IMG/VR virus record: IMGVR_UViG_3300022893_000001
Coordinates: 1-64,000 of that record
DNA: 64,000 bases
Source of the DNA: a virus
Lineage: Duplodnaviria; Caudoviricetes
Direction: 5' to 3' (one strand)
In this document: positions 28,701-35,446 of the stretch, piece after piece
How positions within the stretch are numbered: position 1 is the stretch's first letter
Layout: every line of letters begins with the position of its first letter
Position numbers and translations under genes: made by a program
Notes under the pieces: model-generated
Told to the model about the DNA's origin: nothing
Seen by the model: only the letters and a program-made list of their open reading frames with translations
The model's database searches: none

Positions 28701-31700
28701 GACAGCCGCGACAGGCCAGGTCCAGCATGTAACCGCCGAGGGGCTCACCAAGCCCGAAGCGCGCGAGACGGTCGCCTGGCTTGAGAAGGCCGATCTGCCT
28801 GGCTCGGTCGAAGCGGCCAAGGTTCTCGAAGCGGCTGTAGCGGATGCGCCGGCCAAGGAACCCGTCAAGTTTGAGACGACCGAGGCTCCTGCCGAGACGA
28901 AGGAGCCCGCTGCCGAGACGGGGAAACGGGGCGAGCAGACCCGCATCGAGATGGAGGAGCAGCCCGACAACGAGGCGATCCTCCAGGGCGAGCGCCTCAC
29001 CGCGGCGTTTGCCGGGGAGCTCTCGCCGGAAGAGAAGCGCCGGAAGCTGAAGCGGGCCGAGGTCGAACAGACCGGGCTCTTCGAGACGAGCGAGGAGAGG
29101 GTAGAGCGTCCTGGGCTGCTGTTCCGCCGGGACGACCGGAAGACCACCAGCGCCCGGGCCATCAAATACCTGGCAGACCTGGCGAGCGGCAAGGTCAAAC
29201 CCAACTGGTCCCATGCCTACGAGGCGGTGACCCGGCTCATCACCTCGGCCAAGTCCAAGGAATACAACTCGCCCGATCTGCTCGTCACCGGCCAGGGCTT
29301 CGAGAAGAAAGCAGACGGCACCTGGAAGAACCCGGAAGCCATCAAGCGGGCCGTCAACCTGATCAAGAACTATGCGAACTTCGACGGCAAGAAGTACGCG
29401 AACGACGAGGCGCGCATCGAGGCTTTCGTAGAGCACGTCAAAGAGAACCTGATCTGGCTGTACAAGAAGTACGAGGCGCAGCACGGCGATCTGATCAAGC
29501 GGGCCAAGCAGTGGTACGACGGAGGCCGGAAGCTCGCCGAACGCTACGCCAAGGTGGCCGGCGTCGAACCGCACCAGATGAGCGCGGTGATCGCGGTCCT
29601 CTCGCCGAAGAAGGATTGGTTTCAGAACATAGACCTGGCGCGGCGCATCGCCGATTTCTGGGCGATCCGCCACAAAGTGAAGTGGAACGCCCCGGCGATG
29701 GAAAAGGGCTACGCCAAGATGCTCAAGTCCAAAGCCGAGATGGACGAGGACACTCGGAAGAAGACGGAGAAGCGGAACAAGGTCAGGCGGGCCAGGCTCA
29801 ACGCCAAGAATTCCAGAGGGAGGAAGAAGGCTAGGGAAACGGGCGTGGCCTTCGAGGCGGCGGTCTTCGAAGCCGAGGTTTTCACCCCGAGCCGCGACCT
29901 GCAGAAAGCGTACGCGCGCATCCGAGGGAAGGCGTTCGCCGAGATCAAGCGGCCCTATGACCGCGCGGTCTGGATGCGAATGTGGGACGAGGGCCACCAC
30001 AGCCGGAACTACAACGTCCTGACGCCCGAGGGCGAGTCGCAGGGCGTCGCAACCTCGACCGCCGAGAAGACCAAGGGCAAACCCCTGACGTCGGTCTGGC
30101 AGAGTTACGACGCCGTCACCAAGGCGCTCTCGATCCTCGATGACGGCTCGATGAAGAACATCAGCGCCAAGCTGGGCAAGCAGCACAAGGTGCGGTCCTT
30201 CTACAACAACATCGTCGATCCGGACTCGCCGAACCTCCACGTCACCATCGACACCCACGCGGTGGCGGCGGGCTTCCTGCGGCCGCTCGGCCAGTGGGAC
30301 AAGGAGGTCAAGGACAATCTCAACGCGCCCTCCAAGGTGAGCGGCGAATCGCCCACCTACGGTCTGGTGGCGCGGGCCTACCGGGAAGCGGCGGCGGAGA
30401 TGGGACTCCTGCCGCGCGAATTCCAGTCCATCACCTGGGAAGCGGTGCGCGGGCTGTTCTCGCCGTCGTTCAAAAAGGGTAATAAAACTGTCATAAAGAA
30501 CATCTGGATCGATGTTGCGCAAGGTAAAATTACAGCAGCAGCAGCGAGAGAGAAGATCTATGGCCTTGCAGGAAAAATCGATAGACCGGCATGGGCTGGA
30601 GCAATACCGGGACGAGTTTCCGATACTCGAACAGATGTTGGACGACAAGCTGCCGCTGACACGAAGGCAGTACCTGGGCATGGCGCACCCCGGAGCGGAT
30701 CCGAACGTGCCGCTGGACATGGAACTGGAGGCGGAACTGCCGCCGCCGTTCGTGCACCCGAGTCTAAAAGAGGAACTGAACCCCGACGAGGAGTAGGGAC
30801 CGTCCAGCGGGCCCTCGGCTTTGGTCCCGGCGGCGTCTGGGGCACTCCCAACGACTGGGTCGAACGCTCGGCCTTCAAATTCGCCACCAAACCCAGTCAG
30901 ACCGGCTCGGTCTATGCGAACCGATCCGCGATGAATCTCATCGGGTATGTCATCAGGGACACCAAGACCACCGGGGCTTCTTTCGGTTCTCAGACAATCC
31001 AGATTCTCCTCGACGCCCTCGACGGCAAGCCCGTCCCCGCTGCCAAGTGGGAGAAGCTCAACCTCAACGACCTGTCTGCCAATGCGCACAAGGAACTGGC
31101 GAAGTTCCGCGCACAGATCGTCAACTGGAAGAACACGATCCAGGCCGCTGATCCCCAGGCTTCGCTGAACTTCGTGCTGGCGTCTCCAGCCGAGACGATG
31201 GAGTACGTCAAGGAGACGGCGAGCGAAGAGTACATACACGGGGCCCAGCGCCACTCCCCGGTTGGTATGCCGGCCCTCGTGGGGATGATGAAGACCGCGC
31301 CCTTCCAGAGCGGCTGGAAGCGTCTGATCCAGATTGGCTACGACGTCTCGATTGACCCGGCTGACAGCATACAGGACATCCATAGGAAAGCCATCGAGGC
31401 TTTCAACGAAGTCACCGCCAAGGTGCTCAGTGGGCAGGAGCTCGGTCTGTCGCTGGCCGAGCGCATCGAGATCGCCAAAGCCTACCGGAAGGCGCTCATC
31501 AACTTCCACGGCAGCGACACCGTCCTCCTCCGGTTCAAGTACGTCAAAGCGGGGGCGGTGAGGGACGCCTTCTTTGATAAGCAGCCTGCGGCGACCGCCG
31601 CGCCCGTGCCCGCTGCCGCTACGACGCCGCCGTCGAACTTCCTCAGTTGGGTGCGCCAGGCGGCGGGGATTGCGCCCCGAATTGAGGAGCGCCAGGCACC

Positions 31701-34700
31701 GGCCCGGCGGATCGAGGAACGTGAACAGACCGAGACGGCCCCGGATGTAATGAAGGCTCGCCGGCCCCCGCAGCAGCCGCAGCAGCCCGCTACCCAGGCG
31801 GTCACCACCACCACGCAGCCGCCGGCTACCGGAGCCGCCGCGCCCGCGATGTCCCGCTCGGCGCGCTTCGACCAACTCAACGAGACGGTAGACCAGACCG
31901 GCAAGGAGCGGGACAAGACCCGGTACGAGAAGTTCAAGGAGTCGCTGACGACCTTCGGCCACTCGATGACGCGCCAGTTCGTCGACATCCCGGCCGGCGC
32001 GACCTACGCCAGTTTCAAGCAGAAGCTGAACTTCGTATCGAAGGCGCAGGGCACCGCCATCCACAAAGCCGCCCAGGCCATCATCGACCAACTCGAGAAG
32101 CTCTCCCCGGCGCAGTACGACGCTTTCGTTCGCGTCATCTTCTACGACGATCTCTCCGCGCGCGTCAAACAGCAGATCGCGGAGGGTACGCCTGTCCTCG
32201 ACAAGGACATTGGCTGGGGCATCAAGGACTCACACGAGCTCTACGCCATGCGGGCCGAGGCGCGCGACCGGGTCCGGAACGATCCACAGATCGTCGAAGC
32301 CCTCCGCCAGCGCAAGGCCATGTGGGCGAAGATCAAGCCCGAGTACATCGCCGCCATGAAGAAGGCGGGCGTCGATATCGAGAAAGCCCTCTCGCGCAAA
32401 GACTACTTCCGCCATCGTGTGATCGAGCATCTCCAAGCCCAGGAGTTACCTGGGAACGAGGGGACCGGAGCCGGCCAGCGGTTCAAGCTGCCCACCGGCC
32501 GATCCTGGCTCAAGAAGGCGCACGTCAACGCCAAGGCGTACTCCATCGACTACATTCGCGCCGAGTTCGAAGTACTCAGCGAGATGATGTACGACACCGA
32601 GAGGGCCGGATTCATCGGCTGGTTGAAGCACGACAGCGGCCACAACATCGCCCCGCGGCTAATGCGCCAGGCGGCGGCGCATAACAAGAAAGTCATCATG
32701 CCGACCTTCGTCAAGATGGCGAAGTATTACAACAAGAAGAATCCCCGCGCGACCCCGGTGACCGCCGAGATGATGTACCAGCGCGTCATGAAGTCGCGCC
32801 CGAATGACCCAGGTTGGCGCACGCGCGTCACCAAGCGGATGGCCGGCGCGGATTACATCGGGAGCCTGGAGAAGGCATACAATACGTTCGCTCTCAAGAC
32901 CCACCAGATCTATACGGCGGATAAGCGGGACCACTTCTTCTTTAAGCCCACGATCTCAGACGCGCTCGCCAATGCCATCGAGGCGGCGGGCATGGGTACG
33001 GTCCTCGCCAATCAGATCCAGAAGCTCAAGGTCAAGGGCAAGCGCCGGGGGCAGATGGTCCTGCCGCGTGAAGTCATCGAAACGATGAAAGAGTTCATGC
33101 AGCCCCCGTCCGACAAGACGAGTAAGTGGACCGAGAAGCTCTGGACGAAGCCTATGGGCTGGTGGAAGCAGTCTAAGCTGATCCATCCCGTCTCGGTGGT
33201 CAAGTACAACCTCAGGAACCTGTCGGGCGATCTGGAGCGCGTGGTGATCGCCAACCCGAAAGCACTCAAGATGGTTGGGCGGTCCACAATGGAGATCCGC
33301 CAGTTCCTCAAGACCGGCAAGCCGCCGTCGAAGGAGTTCGAGGCATGGTGGCGGCGCGGCGGCATGGACGCAAACCTCCAGGTAGCCGAGATCGGGGACG
33401 TCAACAAACTCAGAAAGCTCAAGCACCTCAGAGAGGACTTCCGCTCGACCAGCACGGCGGATAAGGGAATAGACTACGCCGTCGATAAGTGGGAGCGCGT
33501 CTGGGGCAAAACGCGACAGTTGACCGATTTCCGCGAAGGGATTTTGCGCTACGCCACGTTCCTCGAATATCAACGCCAGATCGCCGCGAATGCCGGCGGG
33601 CGTCCGGATAACTTTGGAGCCTCGCTCCGCGACGAAGTCATGGCGATCCGGAACCATGATGACCGGGCCTACAAACTATCGAATGATCTGATGCTCGCCT
33701 ACGACGAGGTGTCTGCGCTCGGCCAGAGACTCCGCCGGAACTGGGTTCCCTTCTGGAGCTTCCAAGAAAAGAACGCCCAGGCATACAAGCGGCTCGTGGG
33801 CAACGCCGTCGCGGATGGCAGAACCTCGGCGGCGATAGGCTACGCCGCACTCGGAGGCGCTGCCGTGGCGGCGCGCGTGGGTGTCTATACAGCCGCCAAG
33901 GTGGGCAAGACGCTCACACTGGCGCTGGCGCTCAAGACCCTGAGCGAACTGTGGAACAACTACGTCTTCGACGATGAGGAAGACGACCTCCCGGAGAACG
34001 TCAGGAAGAGTTCGCATATCATCCTGGGCCGGGACGCAAATGGCAAAGTGCTGGCCTTCACGCGCGTGGGCACCTCGGACGATCTGCTCGAATGGGGCGG
34101 GCTCGAAGCCGCGCCGTACTACGTGCGCGAGTACCTCAACGGCCGGATGAGCTACGAGGATCTGGCTAAGGAGATCGCCTTCCGACCCTTCGGCGTCCCG
34201 ATTCCGCTCAAGCCGGCGTTCAACAAGATCGCCCAGTCGATCACGCCGTTCATCAAGACGACCGCTGAACTGGCGAGCGGGCGCGCCTGGTTCCCGAACT
34301 TCTTTGAACAGCGCGAGATTCGCAGCCGGGGCGAGTACATCGCCCGCGAGCTCGGTGTGACCGCCCTCTACAAAGCCGCGTGGAGTAAGCCGCAGCCCAA
34401 GGTCTTCTCGGTCGACAAGCTGCTCGACCTCTTCGTATATCGGTACGATCCCGGCGAAACACACTACAACGCTTTCAAATACGATAAGGTCGCAAAATGG
34501 GGGGCCGAACATGGCGAAGATCCCGGCGGCGGGCTCTCGCAGAAGAAAGCGGCCCAGGCGCTCTATGACATCCGCATGGCTATCCGGTATGACGACGAGC
34601 GGGCCCAGGCGGCGGCGCTCATCGCCTACAAAGAAGTCGGCGGCACCAGGGCGAATCTCAAAGAATCGATTGATCGCCTGCACCCGCTCGGGAGCCTCAA

Positions 34701-34866
34701 GAAATCCCTGCGCGACGAGTACAAGAAGTCTCTGAGCCCCGCCGAAGCGATCCAACTGCAGAAGGCGGAACTATTCTGGGTTGAGAACTTCCAGTCCAAG
34801 TGGAAGGCGCTCGACCGGGCCGCTGCGGCCGCGAAGCTGCCCGATAAGAAAGTGAGGAAGAAGTAA
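22744..34866 (+). CDS. Giant polyvalent virion-associated protein (4040 aa): ParB-like, zincin-like x2, HipA-like kinase, HhH-glycosylase-like, LPD38-like
   Basis: 12.1-kb open frame; YVVNGHHR (25246-25269); REELIHG (27328) and SEEYIHG (31222); GGSQA/YVVKF/NELIA/DKWLANWDSR/LIDHG (about 27800-28290); WY..SP..W..N..K..SF..NI..VTIDTHA..QSITW (about 29500-30440); DDLPENVRKSSHIILGRD near C-terminus. Confidence 0.85.
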   Translation: MAAPSLAAPKGFDLDGARREGYNDTEIADYLAGSRGFDIAGARKEGYSDQEIIGHLNKPKAMASTVPGAERTGTPGLQKTAAIPPELGGPPTPRQEPQQPTPMAPPDYSAGDLYQSNQPTDLGFEPTVDPFSTGPARAPRPQMTQQAAGDEMTRVARGDVGASPYPKPGRLPILGGRVAPKPFYQLEKPGVAGIPGTERTGLPGVQSVAQPRVEYDPLGARPDAQYLAKLHAGIPVESDEIPSAQSMPGAAGLISKVGSRSALGVVKSLGTSGRLLGDTPGQRGMIGLKQAGTAIEDVTQLMLDQIPPPTLEESHLIGSKNFVEDPNQLRNPYYMANLGANAGGSMVAFMLPEIALFRGAALAATGARAGVLSSIAETMANSAEVYQQAKDAGMSEIEAADLFRKNIPLDFPITYGMNRLGIFNDKLKSRTARAVLSPVTEAAQEVGQAVPQNYLLKQPLFKGWEENALGSAFGGPVGAMMSPVDTLMGAPPTPHHDTTQYQPGPQGPQTSRYPLLSQAGTAAPVVPPSAPHHELPPDPYEGPLDAYGGGAAREAPAVPTVSPFPRVQTPPPGVDLGHVRPLDKEGEKPPEQTAPPEQKQPPPPPPNVDAVYEDAKTFAADLPELGVGAIRRQFGVTKDDARVILDRMVADGLFAQKELKGGGTSFVNLAWQRGQAGKGMVTKGKGVEEAVSEFLPPDEEEEAPPPGQQAPPPGQPPPSSLEDQRKEGEEQRQQEPPALGQAPPPATAAPPQIDAGKVTSIEERPERPPEPRLAEDVFEMDPNTIEADPVRFQFKRDTGGKAGVGDELKDPDVPWNRRMAGTITVWKDPADGKTYVVNGHHRLEKAQRMGVPSIKVQYSTAKTAQEARAEGALDNIAEGRGTAIDAAKFLRDTGITPEEAKGRGVHLKGEKARQGTALAKLPDRLFEQILSGDLNVERATIIGEGLTNPDDMLAVAEAGSKMNDAQLRELIRRQSGRARTEETQVSLFGEDVISKSLIREEATLSEAIRKQLSNEKRLFATVGTKGAATTLEQGGNVIATDKNRAIADAAAQALEIYDRLSLQTGPVADALAAGAKEMAGGANFATVRENTYAAVRNAVQEAIGGGKESRAGQPQAQDRGRDAGTGERAPAGPAKAAPAKVEEIGKVTSVEQGETFTARMQAAETADEGRKILGEAEKAIGSLQQDIGVTPTVGQVEPNYFVGLHVLNDKTIKKAVKEAQAKDPAKAAQLEAMMRDAFHAREKEWPRLQGIEDQREADRYEEFKAQRGPKLPKELTKAAPRYGAFELQFESDVDKAAYITAQAKPSKRDADYLKFVMDATGKSEAEVRKAGAAIRASLKTIAKGADPADGPLEVPLHVQVKPGEDLGRVSSVEAKPKQTGPMSPLGKMGPAKPKAAVYHGDVSDREITEENLKNDVETGVWRFATARGRTGKGRTGTVYTNQAGMRVLQNVFEMERLEGVSMDDVNVAKLLTALDKNLSLRDLSPEGRAALREFKKNLNEYRQQHGPGASISFVVAERGHGMGIRKTIREELIHGIQRIFGINSVDTVENMLLMPAFDKAWTWLEENGYPDIGAMDALDEITAKVLAGEDVGLTLEEQLTVAKAYRKALIEAHGNDVVTLFRYVKAGEVKETFRGTETRKEDGGRAAPVQQESGFELQRGAVSGRGGTVSRGGRGEGVRERLTLSVEPVGRITRFLRRLHGGSQAQLVQASNGKYYVVKFADNPQDARVPVNELIAGRLFHALGFKTPLPVVLEYGGDQDLSYVWHGGKELKIKAGPAIATEFVVDPERGGKVYDELRDSDFSKVTNVSDLVNALVVDKWLANWDSRQAVFHADSSGEGYVVTLIDHGFVFNGDSWQFKTNAWSGVYHQQNVYDGVRSMDDFAPTIEKIRKLDPDYIRSMFEAVPEEYKEFADDEDRGHLADEVIKRRAKLEDFILELTNVKFGQFTFNNWEGHKARRPGQGLLFSRKKNTIQGEQSQLGLFDLAATAATGQVQHVTAEGLTKPEARETVAWLEKADLPGSVEAAKVLEAAVADAPAKEPVKFETTEAPAETKEPAAETGKRGEQTRIEMEEQPDNEAILQGERLTAAFAGELSPEEKRRKLKRAEVEQTGLFETSEERVERPGLLFRRDDRKTTSARAIKYLADLASGKVKPNWSHAYEAVTRLITSAKSKEYNSPDLLVTGQGFEKKADGTWKNPEAIKRAVNLIKNYANFDGKKYANDEARIEAFVEHVKENLIWLYKKYEAQHGDLIKRAKQWYDGGRKLAERYAKVAGVEPHQMSAVIAVLSPKKDWFQNIDLARRIADFWAIRHKVKWNAPAMEKGYAKMLKSKAEMDEDTRKKTEKRNKVRRARLNAKNSRGRKKARETGVAFEAAVFEAEVFTPSRDLQKAYARIRGKAFAEIKRPYDRAVWMRMWDEGHHSRNYNVLTPEGESQGVATSTAEKTKGKPLTSVWQSYDAVTKALSILDDGSMKNISAKLGKQHKVRSFYNNIVDPDSPNLHVTIDTHAVAAGFLRPLGQWDKEVKDNLNAPSKVSGESPTYGLVARAYREAAAEMGLLPREFQSITWEAVRGLFSPSFKKGNKTVIKNIWIDVAQGKITAAAAREKIYGLAGKIDRPAWAGAIPGRVSDTRTDVGRQAAADTKAVPGHGAPRSGSERAAGHGTGGGTAAAVRAPESKRGTEPRRGVGTVQRALGFGPGGVWGTPNDWVERSAFKFATKPSQTGSVYANRSAMNLIGYVIRDTKTTGASFGSQTIQILLDALDGKPVPAAKWEKLNLNDLSANAHKELAKFRAQIVNWKNTIQAADPQASLNFVLASPAETMEYVKETASEEYIHGAQRHSPVGMPALVGMMKTAPFQSGWKRLIQIGYDVSIDPADSIQDIHRKAIEAFNEVTAKVLSGQELGLSLAERIEIAKAYRKALINFHGSDTVLLRFKYVKAGAVRDAFFDKQPAATAAPVPAAATTPPSNFLSWVRQAAGIAPRIEERQAPARRIEEREQTETAPDVMKARRPPQQPQQPATQAVTTTTQPPATGAAAPAMSRSARFDQLNETVDQTGKERDKTRYEKFKESLTTFGHSMTRQFVDIPAGATYASFKQKLNFVSKAQGTAIHKAAQAIIDQLEKLSPAQYDAFVRVIFYDDLSARVKQQIAEGTPVLDKDIGWGIKDSHELYAMRAEARDRVRNDPQIVEALRQRKAMWAKIKPEYIAAMKKAGVDIEKALSRKDYFRHRVIEHLQAQELPGNEGTGAGQRFKLPTGRSWLKKAHVNAKAYSIDYIRAEFEVLSEMMYDTERAGFIGWLKHDSGHNIAPRLMRQAAAHNKKVIMPTFVKMAKYYNKKNPRATPVTAEMMYQRVMKSRPNDPGWRTRVTKRMAGADYIGSLEKAYNTFALKTHQIYTADKRDHFFFKPTISDALANAIEAAGMGTVLANQIQKLKVKGKRRGQMVLPREVIETMKEFMQPPSDKTSKWTEKLWTKPMGWWKQSKLIHPVSVVKYNLRNLSGDLERVVIANPKALKMVGRSTMEIRQFLKTGKPPSKEFEAWWRRGGMDANLQVAEIGDVNKLRKLKHLREDFRSTSTADKGIDYAVDKWERVWGKTRQLTDFREGILRYATFLEYQRQIAANAGGRPDNFGASLRDEVMAIRNHDDRAYKLSNDLMLAYDEVSALGQRLRRNWVPFWSFQEKNAQAYKRLVGNAVADGRTSAAIGYAALGGAAVAARVGVYTAAKVGKTLTLALALKTLSELWNNYVFDDEEDDLPENVRKSSHIILGRDANGKVLAFTRVGTSDDLLEWGGLEAAPYYVREYLNGRMSYEDLAKEIAFRPFGVPIPLKPAFNKIAQSITPFIKTTAELASGRAWFPNFFEQREIRSRGEYIARELGVTALYKAAWSKPQPKVFSVDKLLDLFVYRYDPGETHYNAFKYDKVAKWGAEHGEDPGGGLSQKKAAQALYDIRMAIRYDDERAQAAALIAYKEVGGTRANLKESIDRLHPLGSLKKSLRDEYKKSLSPAEAIQLQKAELFWVENFQSKWKALDRAAAAAKLPDKKVRKK
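26018..26167 (+). CDS. Nested gene 1 (49 aa, +1 frame in giant gene): MPQSETPYRKLSAEEKNRVLDSLRRKIEAGTLVPENEHPPAQQKQPPQK
   Basis: AGGGAG at 26005-26010, 7 nt before ATG; amphipathic helix; G/C-ending codons move to this frame; below the ORF-track length cutoff. Confidence 0.6.
   Translation: MPQSETPYRKLSAEEKNRVLDSLRRKIEAGTLVPENEHPPAQQKQPPQK
27644..27865 (+). CDS. Nested gene 2 (73 aa, +1 frame) directly upstream of and overlapping the kinase domain
   Basis: AAGGAG at 27631-27636, 7 nt before GTG; helical FSKKAVSNFNEAQLAAEAARLAGEDEEKAFENALRSRW; host frame reads as G/R-rich filler. Confidence 0.65.
   Translation: MAQRREKKMVDAPPQFSKKAVSNFNEAQLAAEAARLAGEDEEKAFENALRSRWSQSGESPDSSEDSTAGRKPS
30560..30796 (+). 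CDS. Nested gene 3 (78 aa, +1 frame) right after the glycosylase-like domain
   Basis: GAGAGAG 7 nt before ATG 30560; globular acidic PILEQMLDDKLPLTRRQYLGMAHP..DMELEAELPPPF; host frame is G/A/R filler; AT-rich patch with TAAAAT upstream. Confidence 0.7.
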   Translation: MALQEKSIDRHGLEQYRDEFPILEQMLDDKLPLTRRQYLGMAHPGADPNVPLDMELEAELPPPFVHPSLKEELNPDEE

Positions 34867-35097
34867 ATGCTGCTAGGTCCATACAAACGGGCGACGGTGA
34901 TCACGCCGCACGATACCAATCCGATCAACGTGCCCTGCGAGGCTCTGATCGCAGACACCGGGGGCACTGTGAATGTGGTCGACTGGGCGGGCGTAACATT
35001 GACGCTCACGCTGGCAACGGGCGTGCCGCTGGAGTTCACGCCGCGCATCGTAAAAACCGGCGGTGCAGCCGCTGGCCTCAAGGCACTTTGCAGGTAA
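34867..35097 (+). CDS. Head-spike base-like protein (RcGTA Rcc01079-like)
   Basis: ATVITPHD...LIADTGGTVNV...G..L.L.LATG..LEFTPRIVKTG pattern. Confidence 0.65.
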   Translation: MLLGPYKRATVITPHDTNPINVPCEALIADTGGTVNVVDWAGVTLTLTLATGVPLEFTPRIVKTGGAAAGLKALCR

Positions 35098-35106
35098 GAT
35101 AAGCCA

Positions 35107-35445
35107 ATGCTGACCGAGGACTTGGAAATCTACCAGGGCGACGACTATGTCGTGACGGTGACCGTCAAGAAGGCGGATGGCACTGCCGCCGATCTGACCG
35201 GGCACACCGCGAAGGCGCAGATCCGGCGCACGCCCGCGGATTCCGGCCCGGTGATGGCCGAGTTTGGAACCCAAGTCCAGTTGCCCAACCTCGTTATTCT
35301 TACCCTGACCGCCATCCAGACGCTTCCGCTCGCCGGCACCTACTTCTGGGACGTCCAGATCAAGTCTTCCGCTGGCGCGGTGACGACACTCGCCCGTGGC
35401 CGAGTCCTCTCCCCGCAGGAAATCACGCGCGAAGTAGGGGCTTGA
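35107..35445 (+). CDS. Fibre adaptor (BppU-N/LtfC-like beta-sandwich)
   Basis: IYQGDD..V.V...[15 protein letters not shown]...LT..QT..L...Y.WDVQI pattern. Confidence 0.7.
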   Translation: MLTEDLEIYQGDDYVVTVTVKKADGTAADLTGHTAKAQIRRTPADSGPVMAEFGTQVQLPNLVILTLTAIQTLPLAGTYFWDVQIKSSAGAVTTLARGRVLSPQEITREVGA

Positions 35446-35446
35446 C

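Noticed and set aside
27862-32091. 1409-aa and other long antisense ORFs (20234-22795, 25954-27855, 464-1930, 11109-12551, 18706-20055)
   Set aside because: Mirror frames of GC3-biased genes: L/V/G/R-rich, no motifs, no RBS. Unlike the nested +1 ORFs, codon bias stays with the main frame.
22744-34866. Giant ORF as an N4-like virion RNA polymerase
   Set aside because: No polymerase motifs recognised; the domains present are those of polyvalent proteins.
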